Shown one piece after another: positions 9,601 to 18,116 of a stretch of DNA of 64,000 nt; the stretch's first letter is position 1, and each line of letters opens with the position of its first letter. The stretch is taken from assembly GCA_024276825.1 (NCBI GenBank), contig JAJRWI010000009.1:4902-68901 (forward strand), read 5' to 3'. The notes below the pieces were generated by a model that saw only the letters and a program-made list of their open reading frames with translations, did no database searches and had not been told where the DNA came from. The position numbers and the translations under genes are program-made. This DNA comes from an archaeon. Its GTDB lineage: Archaea; Asgardarchaeota; Thorarchaeia; Thorarchaeales; Thorarchaeaceae.

Positions 9601-12600
9601 CAGGAAGGACTCTATTGTGAGGTAGATTAAAACAAACAAGAGAAGATTGTATGCTGACGTGTATAGTATTGAGAAAAGGCTCGCTAATGAAAGGCTTGTT
9701 AGTGATATATAACCAACCAACTCTCGTTTCTCTGGTCCTAGATAGAGTAATGCAATCAATGAATAACCAAGGGCAAGCACTAGTGCCTGCGAGATAATAC
9801 TCATTGGTAAAAGGAATACTCCATATGTGATCATTGTTGCTGCAAAGATTGTAATTGAGATATTGCGGACGATAGGCTTTTCTAGAAGGTGAGAGGACAT
9901 GGCTGAAAACATGCCAAATATGATGATTGCAAGTAATGTTGATAGAAATGCATCGGGAATTCGAATCAGGCGGACCAAGAGTATACTGACTAATACATCA
10001 AACATATAGGAAACAATCGTTAGTATAATTCCATATTCTGCTTTGCGGACCACCAGTGATGGAATCCAAAGAATGATGAAGAGCACTACAAAAAAGATAA
10101 AGACATCTAGGTAAGTCTGGAATAATGGGAAGATATGAGGGATGAATATCATTATGACATATAATGAGATGACTCCAGCAAAAATTGCAGAAAAGATGAC
10201 GAGATAGAGGGCAATATACATTGCAGCGATCCGAATTGCAAGAGCGTATTGATGATATACGAGAGGGATGGGAATTAATAGGAGAACAATCAAAATGCCA
10301 GTGATGCCATAACCCAATAGGTAAATCCATAGACTTCCACAGCCTAATGCTATCACAAAATATGTAGCATCGAGCACTCGACCTTTGACAGATGAACGCC
10401 TTAATGGGAGTAGACCAAGGCCAAATATGAGTCCAATTTGGGAGTGTGAAGTAAGATCTGCTGGAAGATAGTTAAAGTAGTAATATGAGAGTGCAAGCAT
10501 CAATACTGAGAGCCAAACTGCTGGAAAGACAAACTTCTGGACAACCTCGGGGTAATGCTGTCTTGTCAATGCAACGAACACAAACACTATGGAAAGCATG
10601 GTTAGAACAGCAAGAATTGGGTTCGTAATATTGAGTAAAGTGACAGCATTCACTGCTATTACAATGGATAGGGCTATCAATATGCTTGAGTATAGGTTGG
10701 GATGTTCACTCCTTCGCCTAAACAGCGCAGGAAACCAGAAACAGAAGGTGATTAGGACAAAGAGAAATGAAGCAGACATCAGAGGATTTGGATATGCTGA
10801 AAACAAAGGCAAGAAGTAATGTGTTAGGTAAGCAGCCAGGACAACTGCAACAACAGCTGCTACAATCACAAGATGGGCAATAGCAACAACAATGAGAAGT
10901 TGAATAATTCGCCTGATAGCACTTGCCAGAAATATTGAGAATCGATAATACAATTCATAGGTGACAGGAAGGGGTAGCAAAAGAGCTGCAAAAAAGGTAA
11001 TCAAGTAATCACCAGTGATCATAAACAGGTACATGACAGCAGAGGGGACCACTGTTAGAAGATAGACAGCGTTTGGAAACTTGGAGGGAACACCGATCGC
11101 ACGAATAGGGAACCAGCCAATACCAAATAGTATTGCTGACAACGAGGCTGCTGTCAAAGCTCCCAGATCAGGTTCTAGTATATAAAAACCCTGAAGTGAG
11201 AGTGTGAGAAGAGCAAATGTCCACGAAGTTGAAAATAATAGGTGTTTAATCGACTCGGAAAATAATCGGTTTCCACCAGCAAGTGTGATTGAAAAAATTG
11301 AAGCACTGATTAGTAGTCTAACAACAATGACAAATTCTGTGAAGAAAAGAAAACCGAATAATGCCATTGAAACAGCCAGTGCAATTATTGAGGTCCTCTT
11401 GATGGACTCTGTGATACTCTCGTTCATTAAGACTGCAGGCAGGAAGAAGAGCAGATATAGTGTTGACAACATTGAGCTGAAGAGCATTGGATCAGAGAGA
11501 AACATCTCTTGAAGGTAGAACCATGTGATTGAGGAGAACACCATAAGAAGTAGAACACCCCAGACTGCAATGTAATGTCTTTTAATGAATTCCATTGAAA
11601 TTATAGCGAATCTGACATAATGCGACCAGAGGAGTGGGGCCAATAGTGTAATGGCAACTGGAACGACAGCAAGAATGAGTCCTGAATATGCCCATGCTAA
11701 ATACGAAACTCCCAAAACACCAAAGACATAAGGACATGAGATGTATTGTTTCCTTAATCCAATTCTCAAGAGTGAGATTGAGAGCAAAAACCATGCTGAT
11801 GCAAGGCCAAGTGAAATTTGAATACTATAATCAAGTGGATAATATGCTGCCCAAAAGGTGAACACTGAATAGGAAGCGAGTGTTGCAAAGACTGAGGGAA
11901 TGACAAGCCGAACTCTGGTTCTAAGAGATTCAATCTGAGCAAGGCCGATAGTTCCAAGGGTTGTAAATATCATACATCCGAGAGCAACAACAAGGAGTAA
12001 GGAATTCTCAAATGTGATCAAGAATGGATACAAGTATAATATTACTAAAAGAGTGAAGACAGTATCACCAATGATACCTGAGATGAGTATATGCGACCGA
12101 ACCCAGTATTTCAATTCCCTGAATACATGAACAATTCTAAGCCATAGTAATTTCCATAATCTACGGATACTTCGAAATAGACCCGAGAGACCAGCTATGA
12201 AGAGTAAGATTGAGTAAGACACCGAATGGACTAGTTGCCATGCAAAATATTGGGTCCAGACAAAAAGTACCGAGCACCCGAAGATTAGGGCGGATAGCCC
12301 AATTACTCTCACATAGATGGATTCTTTCTCTCGATTTATAACGAATGCAAACCGTAAGAAGACAGGAGCAGGAGCGAGAATAAGAGCAGAGAAAAGCAAG
12401 GCCAAGGGGAGCATTAATATCATGAAGGAGGGTGATATGATCCAGCCTGTCCTTGAAGCCATCCAAAGAAATAGGAATGGTTCTCCAATAGCAATAAAGA
12501 CCATTGCAATACTTGACAGAGCATGACCATCATAGGGGTCAATCAACCATGGAATCTTAACATCCACTTCTCCCTCAGATTCTTGCTCAGTTAATGATTC

Positions 12601-13419
12601 GGAATCATCAATCTCAATGCCCATCATGGTCATTATGTGGATTTGTTTCTCTGACTTCTTCTTTATCCTCTCCTTTCGTGTGAATAGGTATAGTTGCATT
12701 CGTCGAAAGATTTGAGACATAGCTAGAAGGCCGATTCCAGAGCCCGTCAAGAATAGAGAGGACAAAATAAGTAAATCAATTGTAGGACCAGAGAGCGATA
12801 CAATCTCGATTGAAAGTATCCCAATTGAGAATGAGAGGATGAATGCTGACACAATGCCAAGTCTTGGTTTTCTGATAAAATATTGATAAATCTGAATATA
12901 GACATATAACACAACTAGGGCAATAATCAATGACCATGTGAAAAGTCCTGTGAAGAAGTTCACTGTCAAGAATGATGCTAGGGGAGCAGTCACTAAGATG
13001 ATTGCAGAAAATAGTTTTCCAATCAGTCCCCATCTAGCGCGTGATATCTCTCCCCGTCTAAACAGATTAAACAGAATCACAAGTGATAATAGGGAGAATG
13101 TATGAAAGCAAGCGACTGTTGCGTGTATTGCAGCCCAGCCTATACTCAGAGAAACAGCTGCAGACACATTGCTTATCATCAGCAGTGTTGTTCCTAATCT
13201 GTTCCGCTTCACCAAAAGCAGAAGGAATCCGCCCACTGCAACTCCCACAGCAGCTGACATCAATATTCGAACAACCGCATCTGGGATCACTGGTTCAAGT
13301 ACAAAGTATACCATTGATAGAATTGCAACAGGCAGAATGAGTCCAAATACAACAATAGCAGCAAATGAATAGAGATAGTCTGCCCATTTCTTGACCCTAA
13401 GCGTGCTATCGGCGGTCAT
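6661..13419 (-). CDS. Giant (2252 aa) polytopic integral membrane protein of unknown function
   Basis: Single uninterrupted ORF of 6.76 kb. Almost the whole sequence is hydrophobic helix-length segments separated by short R/K-containing loops (by eye 50 or more TM segments). The only obvious soluble stretch is an acidic loop (IEIDDSESLTEQESEGEVD, ORF residues ~273-291). No recognisable catalytic motif. Confidence 0.7.
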   Translation of the reverse strand: MTADSTLRVKKWADYLYSFAAIVVFGLILPVAILSMVYFVLEPVIPDAVVRILMSAAVGVAVGGFLLLLVKRNRLGTTLLMISNVSAAVSLSIGWAAIHATVACFHTFSLLSLVILFNLFRRGEISRARWGLIGKLFSAIILVTAPLASFLTVNFFTGLFTWSLIIALVVLYVYIQIYQYFIRKPRLGIVSAFILSFSIGILSIEIVSLSGPTIDLLILSSLFLTGSGIGLLAMSQIFRRMQLYLFTRKERIKKKSEKQIHIMTMMGIEIDDSESLTEQESEGEVDVKIPWLIDPYDGHALSSIAMVFIAIGEPFLFLWMASRTGWIISPSFMILMLPLALLFSALILAPAPVFLRFAFVINREKESIYVRVIGLSALIFGCSVLFVWTQYFAWQLVHSVSYSILLFIAGLSGLFRSIRRLWKLLWLRIVHVFRELKYWVRSHILISGIIGDTVFTLLVILYLYPFLITFENSLLLVVALGCMIFTTLGTIGLAQIESLRTRVRLVIPSVFATLASYSVFTFWAAYYPLDYSIQISLGLASAWFLLSISLLRIGLRKQYISCPYVFGVLGVSYLAWAYSGLILAVVPVAITLLAPLLWSHYVRFAIISMEFIKRHYIAVWGVLLLMVFSSITWFYLQEMFLSDPMLFSSMLSTLYLLFFLPAVLMNESITESIKRTSIIALAVSMALFGFLFFTEFVIVVRLLISASIFSITLAGGNRLFSESIKHLLFSTSWTFALLTLSLQGFYILEPDLGALTAASLSAILFGIGWFPIRAIGVPSKFPNAVYLLTVVPSAVMYLFMITGDYLITFFAALLLPLPVTYELYYRFSIFLASAIRRIIQLLIVVAIAHLVIVAAVVAVVLAAYLTHYFLPLFSAYPNPLMSASFLFVLITFCFWFPALFRRRSEHPNLYSSILIALSIVIAVNAVTLLNITNPILAVLTMLSIVFVFVALTRQHYPEVVQKFVFPAVWLSVLMLALSYYYFNYLPADLTSHSQIGLIFGLGLLPLRRSSVKGRVLDATYFVIALGCGSLWIYLLGYGITGILIVLLLIPIPLVYHQYALAIRIAAMYIALYLVIFSAIFAGVISLYVIMIFIPHIFPLFQTYLDVFIFFVVLFIILWIPSLVVRKAEYGIILTIVSYMFDVLVSILLVRLIRIPDAFLSTLLAIIIFGMFSAMSSHLLEKPIVRNISITIFAATMITYGVFLLPMSIISQALVLALGYSLIALLYLGPEKRELVGYISLTSLSLASLFSILYTSAYNLLLFVLIYLTIESFLLLFIPRRRFMYQIWMFFSISLAILVAYGLYPFTIASPAIGLLLAVELLRKTPNMPFDLSDFVFGLGLFRSALSALFVFMFSYNLIDLQVSIFLSIFVFIIVLYFSGGSDISETITVIISLVGCGFLSLTGFRYLSVIMPPNSIVPILIGLLPLLFISIVRSKVGPHPRFHWRILGLIVSGFVSILWYQIYPIFESVVLVLITGLFMYSLFELWNPFDGLSQGMIQAVSSSLFIVFLESIWIWHSVFIYTLPLNDILLGATFISLLTIILPMTRPVSWFQFEPAWELVSLVFALIYSLPAHLTMYAVNSSIAIFQYFGSVMIVFSLVATPGFYLGERANHLPMEDRVVHGAWFPAVLGAFIYSSAITYLLTADVLVAFGVGCIVMAGAGLVLFSIWYNCPKSLIKVINLVGSIGVAVLFYMRNLLIMPINQLILMTLIIWMLLALSITYPLAIRLVNFIKNEYDEHFERSVIVFPFMFGVVGGILTYLLFQPSSIMNIPIRHYVVSLAIGLGAAVIFIISEIFYFQDLRLDYLKKFTLPSIWFDAFLLLFGLLMPSGEISQMLVFSNVLTYLATSTLILSLLGWAMQYRRFAKGSWGIMGLFGFLALLTNQLALEITLADALLPGLFVFFILEIPVIFPALVFIARNFFNLGVLIVQAFKQFMMYVKKLFEKWGYFMWAIFSIAFSITLGVLSYPFFSDFVNMNPQGLLYTIPSFSMPLMILGLLLVLIAIVRRTVRSRFGYASGFLAMLGMGITLMATLADHNLPHLALLTILVSLFIGILIINQELELSPEYITITWVPVPVSSGIAILLLLLPFAPTLQFQLLSGFAAFYPALCIMMISTRIEWMPTRSIPILWVLLSAFSGAISYLWTANIFFVSLASLYFAVFVAAIFLYPLLKKESSQLFLAPMSFGITGFAFTFIFGVFYQSLLLALSASLLFLSRFLKIKESQHPQLVYMRFITLLALIGAISIFVLMLIFT

Positions 13420-13707
13420 GATAATTCGTTCCTAAAGTACCTCTTAACCTACGAGCGGTTATCCCCATGAACCTTTGAAACTATAGTCATTTAATATTTA
13501 CTGGAACAGCAGCGATTGAGCGGTAATTTCCATTAAATTTCATTTTAAGTGGTCATTCAATCATGATGTTTCAACATACAGGAGAATAATTCATTTCGAG
13601 CCACATTATTGATTGAATAATTGAATTGAGTCAGCAGTTTATGGATTATGTAAAAATGCGCAGTCCTTTTATGATTTAAAGCACCCTAGAAAGATGAGGA
13701 CACGCCA

Positions 13708-14217
13708 TTGCCAGAGAAAATAGAATGTAGGTATTGTGGGAGAATTTATTCAGAAGGCCAGACTGTCTGCACGAATTGTGGTGCGAGTCTTGCTGATGGA
13801 TTTCGAAGACTCACATGTGATAAATGTGGAAGGCCAGTGCCTGATGGAACAGACCCCGTGGGCAAATGTGTCACCTGTGGCAAAGAGGTCTATCTCTGTG
13901 ACAAACATTTCAAGAGACTAAAGGATGATGAGGTCTTCTGTAATGAGCATGAGTCAGAGTGCTTTATCGCCACTGCTGTCTTTGGGACACCACTGGATCC
14001 ACATCTCGACATTCTGAGGGAGTTCAGGGACAAATGGCTTCTGACCACGCCCATTGGTAGGGTTGCTGTTTTTACATACTATGAGATTTCACCACCAATT
14101 GCAAGGAAAACGAGAAAAAGCCCCATTTTAAAGAAGATATTCAGGACAATATTAGTAGAACCTGGCCTAGGTCTTGCACGCATTGTACTTGGAAAGGACT
14201 CCGATGAAGGCATCTGA
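13708..14217 (+). CDS. Zinc-ribbon protein with conserved CFIATAVFG...LREFRDKWLL C-terminal module
   Basis: Two CxxC...CxxC ribbons (CRYCGR...CTNCG; CDKCGR...CVTCGK). These are followed by ECFIATAVFGTPLDPHLDILREFRDKWLLTTPIGRVAVFTYYEISPPIA, which resembles a widespread C-terminal module (CFI-box-like, recalled from memory). Confidence 0.55.
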   Translation: MPEKIECRYCGRIYSEGQTVCTNCGASLADGFRRLTCDKCGRPVPDGTDPVGKCVTCGKEVYLCDKHFKRLKDDEVFCNEHESECFIATAVFGTPLDPHLDILREFRDKWLLTTPIGRVAVFTYYEISPPIARKTRKSPILKKIFRTILVEPGLGLARIVLGKDSDEGI

Positions 14218-14230
14218 TCAAGGTTGAAGA

Positions 14231-15121
14231 TTGATGAGAGTAAGAATCGGCGACACAGTGATTCCATATCCTATCAATCGAATTGTGGGCCATCTTCGAC
14301 TGGTGGGACTATCATACAATGATTGCTTCAGATTGACCCAGCCACTATATAATAATGCCCGGATTTTTGAGCTATCCGAACTATTGGAATATTTGAATAA
14401 AGAAATATTCAATATATCGGAAGAAGCGGCGGAGTCGTTTGAATTGATAAACAGGTATCAGGGTCTCAGGAGGTCGAAGAGGGGCGTGCCGCCAATCATC
14501 ATAGTCCTTGAAGGAGCTTCTGCAACGGGCAAGTCATTGCTGAGTATCTCCGTCATATCAAATCTGGGTCTAGCCAGAATAATCAGTACAGACAGCGTCC
14601 GACAGATATTACGATCCGTCATCAGCAAGGATGAGCACCCAGAATTGTTCTGTCATACTTATCAGGCCCACAAGTACAGAATGAGCGGCAACCCCAGATT
14701 GAGCGAGTCAGTGAGGGGATTTCTCGCACAGGTGGACTTGATGAGGTCTGCATTGGAAAGTGCCGTGCAATTACTCATCAGTGAGGGTGCTGATGGAATG
14801 ATAGAGGGAGTCCATATTGTGCCAGGGTCATTCTCAAGGCTTGAGAAGAGTGTTCTTGAAATCTTGATACATCCCAGTGCTGAGATGCACAAAATGATGT
14901 TCATTTCAAAGAGCAAGGCTGCAGCATTGAAGTCAGTCAGTAATGATGAACAGATCAGAAGAGTCGAGTTCAAAGCGACGCGTGAGATACAGGACTACAT
15001 GTATGAGCAGGCAACGAAGAACGGGGTCCCAATAATCCAACTAGAGGATTATGAGAGTGCAGAGAATGAGCTTAATGCACTCATTCTCCGCAGAGTCCGA
15101 GAACTTGTGAGCGAGTTTTAG
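14231..15121 (+). CDS. 2-phosphoglycerate kinase family P-loop ATPase
   Basis: N-terminal ATP-cone-like MMRVRIGDTVIPYPINRIVGHL, a Walker A in IIIVLEGASATGKSLLS, and LGLARIISTDSVRQILRSV, which matches the 2PGK family pattern. Lies 14 nt downstream of the zinc-ribbon gene. Confidence 0.6.
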   Translation: MMRVRIGDTVIPYPINRIVGHLRLVGLSYNDCFRLTQPLYNNARIFELSELLEYLNKEIFNISEEAAESFELINRYQGLRRSKRGVPPIIIVLEGASATGKSLLSISVISNLGLARIISTDSVRQILRSVISKDEHPELFCHTYQAHKYRMSGNPRLSESVRGFLAQVDLMRSALESAVQLLISEGADGMIEGVHIVPGSFSRLEKSVLEILIHPSAEMHKMMFISKSKAAALKSVSNDEQIRRVEFKATREIQDYMYEQATKNGVPIIQLEDYESAENELNALILRRVRELVSEF

Positions 15122-16623
15122 GGTATTAATGTGAAGGCGCCGTTTATTGCAAGTTCCATGATTATGCTGGGATTAAGAAATAGAATCACAGTCAGGGCAG
15201 CACAGATGATGACCGCCAGTGTTGGAATTCGGGGCAGTGTGATTCTTGACTCATCAGAGGGGTCTTCAAAGTAAGTGACCTTTAGCACTCGTAGGTAATA
15301 ACCCAGAGAGAACACCGAGTTGATAAGTCCAATCAATGCAAGCCACCACATACCAACTTCCACAGCGCTTTGGAATACGTACCACTTGGCCCAGAGACCC
15401 ACAGTGAACGGGATTCCAGCCAGAGATATCATGAATATGACTAGCATTCCCGCAGCTAATGGAGACCGTCTGCTCAATCCAGACAGATCTGCATAAGTGA
15501 TTTCTTTTGCAAGTCTGAGTGAGAGAATCCATATGAGAATGAATGCTCCGGCCTTTGTAATGGCATGTGCAAATGCATAGAACAGTGCTGCTGAGGCACC
15601 AAAGGAATTGGTTGCGGTAGTCGAGGCGATTCCGATGAACAGGTAGCCCATCTGGGCAATGGATGAAAATGCCAACATCTTGGTGATCGTTATCTTTGGA
15701 TCAAGTGCCAGTACATTGCCAATAATCATGGTTGCAACTGATACTATCACAATAAGCATGCTCCACTCAAAGCGTGCAACAAGGAACCCTACAAGGAGGA
15801 TTCGCATGAGGGCACTTATACCAGTCTTCTTGGTAGCGCCGGCCAAATACGAAACGACATTGCCATCGGAATTGCAATATGTGTCAGGGACCCATTGCCA
15901 GCCAGGGAATATACCAACTTTGAAGCCAAAGGCAATCACAAAAAGGATTAAGGCAAGAATCAGGGGGTATGCTGCTTCGCCAATTGGGGTTGTAGACCAG
16001 ATTGTGTTGGCTGCGGCAGCGATAACAGGAATTGATGTGGTCCCTATCACACCATAGACTATTGCAATGCCAAAGGCGAGAAGCATGCTAGAGAGCAGAC
16101 CAATAACCAAGTACTTTACAGCACCGTCAATAGACCCTCTGAATGGACCAAGCGCGACAAGCACGTAAGTTGGTGTGGACATCAACTCCCATGCCATGAA
16201 AAGGGCGACGAGATCATTTGCCATTACAACCCACATGGCTCCCGCGAAAGATATCAGAAATAGTGCGTTATAGATCCCTTTTGAGCCGCCATAACTTGTG
16301 GCAGAGAGCAAGACAATGAAGGCAACAAACAGGATGATATAGATGAAGAAGTCTGTGAAGGCATTTCTGATGAACAGACCACCAAATGAATTGGTTGGTG
16401 CGAGAATTATCATCTCGAGCCCTGAGAGAATCACGCCTATGAAACTGATGGGCAGGGGGTTCCAGCGGAGACCCACCATCAGGGCCAATAATGCAAATAC
16501 TATCAAGGTTATTGCCGGAAGCGAACCAATCCAGTCGCTTGGAACATAGGTTGTCATAAGATCTCTTATTGGACTTGCGATGAGTTCGAACAGTTGTAGT
16601 AGTGGGTCAAATATCTGGAACAT
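15118..16623 (-). CDS. nuoN: Complex I antiporter-like subunit N
   Basis: 14 TM, Mrp/NuoN-type. Motif GWQWVPDTYCNSDGNVVSYLAGATKKTGISALMRILL. Last gene of the tightly packed operon; its start overlaps the nuoM stop. Confidence 0.8.
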   Translation of the reverse strand: MFQIFDPLLQLFELIASPIRDLMTTYVPSDWIGSLPAITLIVFALLALMVGLRWNPLPISFIGVILSGLEMIILAPTNSFGGLFIRNAFTDFFIYIILFVAFIVLLSATSYGGSKGIYNALFLISFAGAMWVVMANDLVALFMAWELMSTPTYVLVALGPFRGSIDGAVKYLVIGLLSSMLLAFGIAIVYGVIGTTSIPVIAAAANTIWSTTPIGEAAYPLILALILFVIAFGFKVGIFPGWQWVPDTYCNSDGNVVSYLAGATKKTGISALMRILLVGFLVARFEWSMLIVIVSVATMIIGNVLALDPKITITKMLAFSSIAQMGYLFIGIASTTATNSFGASAALFYAFAHAITKAGAFILIWILSLRLAKEITYADLSGLSRRSPLAAGMLVIFMISLAGIPFTVGLWAKWYVFQSAVEVGMWWLALIGLINSVFSLGYYLRVLKVTYFEDPSDESRITLPRIPTLAVIICAALTVILFLNPSIIMELAINGAFTLIP

Positions 16624-18116
16624 TATGGAATCACCCCTAGCATGTTATCAACAGCTGGTGCTATTAGGTTCAATATCAAGTCAGGCCACACACCCAACAG
16701 AATGACGGGAATCATCATCAGAACAGGAGCAATTAGGTCACTCCAACTGGCCTCTTTAACTCCACTCTCAGGATCTGGCTCGCTAAAGACAATCCTGTTA
16801 AGAGTCCATAACAGATAGCCGACAGTTATGAAAATGCCAAATGCTATCAGCCCTGATAATGGATAGATCATTACTGCGCCAAAGATAATGAGCAACTCGG
16901 CAATAAAGCCACTAAAGCCCGGTAGTCCGAAAGCAGCAAATGATGCAAGGATAAGCAGGACCGACATTCTTGGGGCTTGCTTCAGGAGACCCTTGACCTT
17001 GGGGATCTCGCGAGTGCCAGCAGAATATTTCAACTGTCCTGCCATGATGAACATCACAGAGATGATTGTTCCATGGGAGAACATCATGAATACTGCACCC
17101 TGAATTGCCAGACTTGTTCCCACTGCCACTCCAAGTAAGACCCAAGACATGTGATTGATTGAGGTATAGGCGACCATACTCTTGAGATCAGTCTGGGCCA
17201 TTGCGGTGAATGCCGCATAAATGCATGTAAAGATGGCAAGAATTACGAATGGAATGCTGAGTCTTGCAAATGCATCAGGCACAAGCCAGACACCAAGACG
17301 GATGAAGGCGTATCCGCCCATCTTCAGCAGAATGCCAGCAAGAATTACAGACCCTGGAGTCGGCGCCTTTACATGAGCCCAAGGAAGCCAAGTGTGCATC
17401 GGAAACACAGGGAGTTTCACTCCAGCGCCCATAAACACCGCAAGAACATAGCCCATCTGCACCATCGATGGAAGACTCATGTCGCGGAGGGCTAACATAT
17501 TGAAGGTATGACCTCCGAAGAAGAAGATCACAAAAAAGCCCACAAGCATGATTGCTGAGCCAAAGTGTGTGAAGATAAAGAACTTGATGGCCGCATGTTT
17601 GCAACCCTCCTCACCCCATTTGCCAATTATGAAGAACATGGGGATTAAGACCAGTTCCCACATAACAAAGAATCCCACAAGGTCGATGGACATGAAGACT
17701 CCAAGCAGGCCGGTCTGCATGAACATGAATAATGAATAGTAAAGGCTCTGTGACTTGTTGATGTGGTTCGAGCTGATGGCTGCAATGAGAGTGACGATGT
17801 TGGACAATAGAATCATCACAACCGAGATACCATCAACTCCCAATGCGAGTTGCATGTTGGCCCAATCACCAGATACATAGATTCTGCCAAATGTGTAGGC
17901 CCATAGAAATGTCATGTCTGAGGAGGGATCAATACCAAGTGCCAGTAAAACTGCAAGTCCGAGTTCGAACAACGAAATTACCAGTGTGATTGCTCTTGCT
18001 GCCCGAGAACCGGTCAATAGAGATAGGAAAGCACCAATCAATGGCGCAAGCAGCATCAATGGCAGTATTGGTAGTGGCAAGCTCTGAAGTATCTGTAAGG
18101 CAAAGTCCAACTGCAA
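16623..18116 (-). CDS. nuoM: Complex I antiporter-like subunit M
   Basis: HTWLPWAHVKAPTPGSVILAGILLKMGGYAFIRL, an M-type signature. Abuts nuoL. Confidence 0.8.
   Translation of the reverse strand: MQLDFALQILQSLPLPILPLMLLAPLIGAFLSLLTGSRAARAITLVISLFELGLAVLLALGIDPSSDMTFLWAYTFGRIYVSGDWANMQLALGVDGISVVMILLSNIVTLIAAISSNHINKSQSLYYSLFMFMQTGLLGVFMSIDLVGFFVMWELVLIPMFFIIGKWGEEGCKHAAIKFFIFTHFGSAIMLVGFFVIFFFGGHTFNMLALRDMSLPSMVQMGYVLAVFMGAGVKLPVFPMHTWLPWAHVKAPTPGSVILAGILLKMGGYAFIRLGVWLVPDAFARLSIPFVILAIFTCIYAAFTAMAQTDLKSMVAYTSINHMSWVLLGVAVGTSLAIQGAVFMMFSHGTIISVMFIMAGQLKYSAGTREIPKVKGLLKQAPRMSVLLILASFAAFGLPGFSGFIAELLIIFGAVMIYPLSGLIAFGIFITVGYLLWTLNRIVFSEPDPESGVKEASWSDLIAPVLMMIPVILLGVWPDLILNLIAPAVDNMLGVIP

Noticed and set aside
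6776-13372. Many short ORFs inside or antisense to the 2252-aa membrane gene (e.g. 7655-7894, 10589-10819, 11204-11512, 13083-13340)
   Set aside because: The single 6.76-kb ORF with consistent hydrophobic periodicity explains the region. The small ORFs are frame artefacts.
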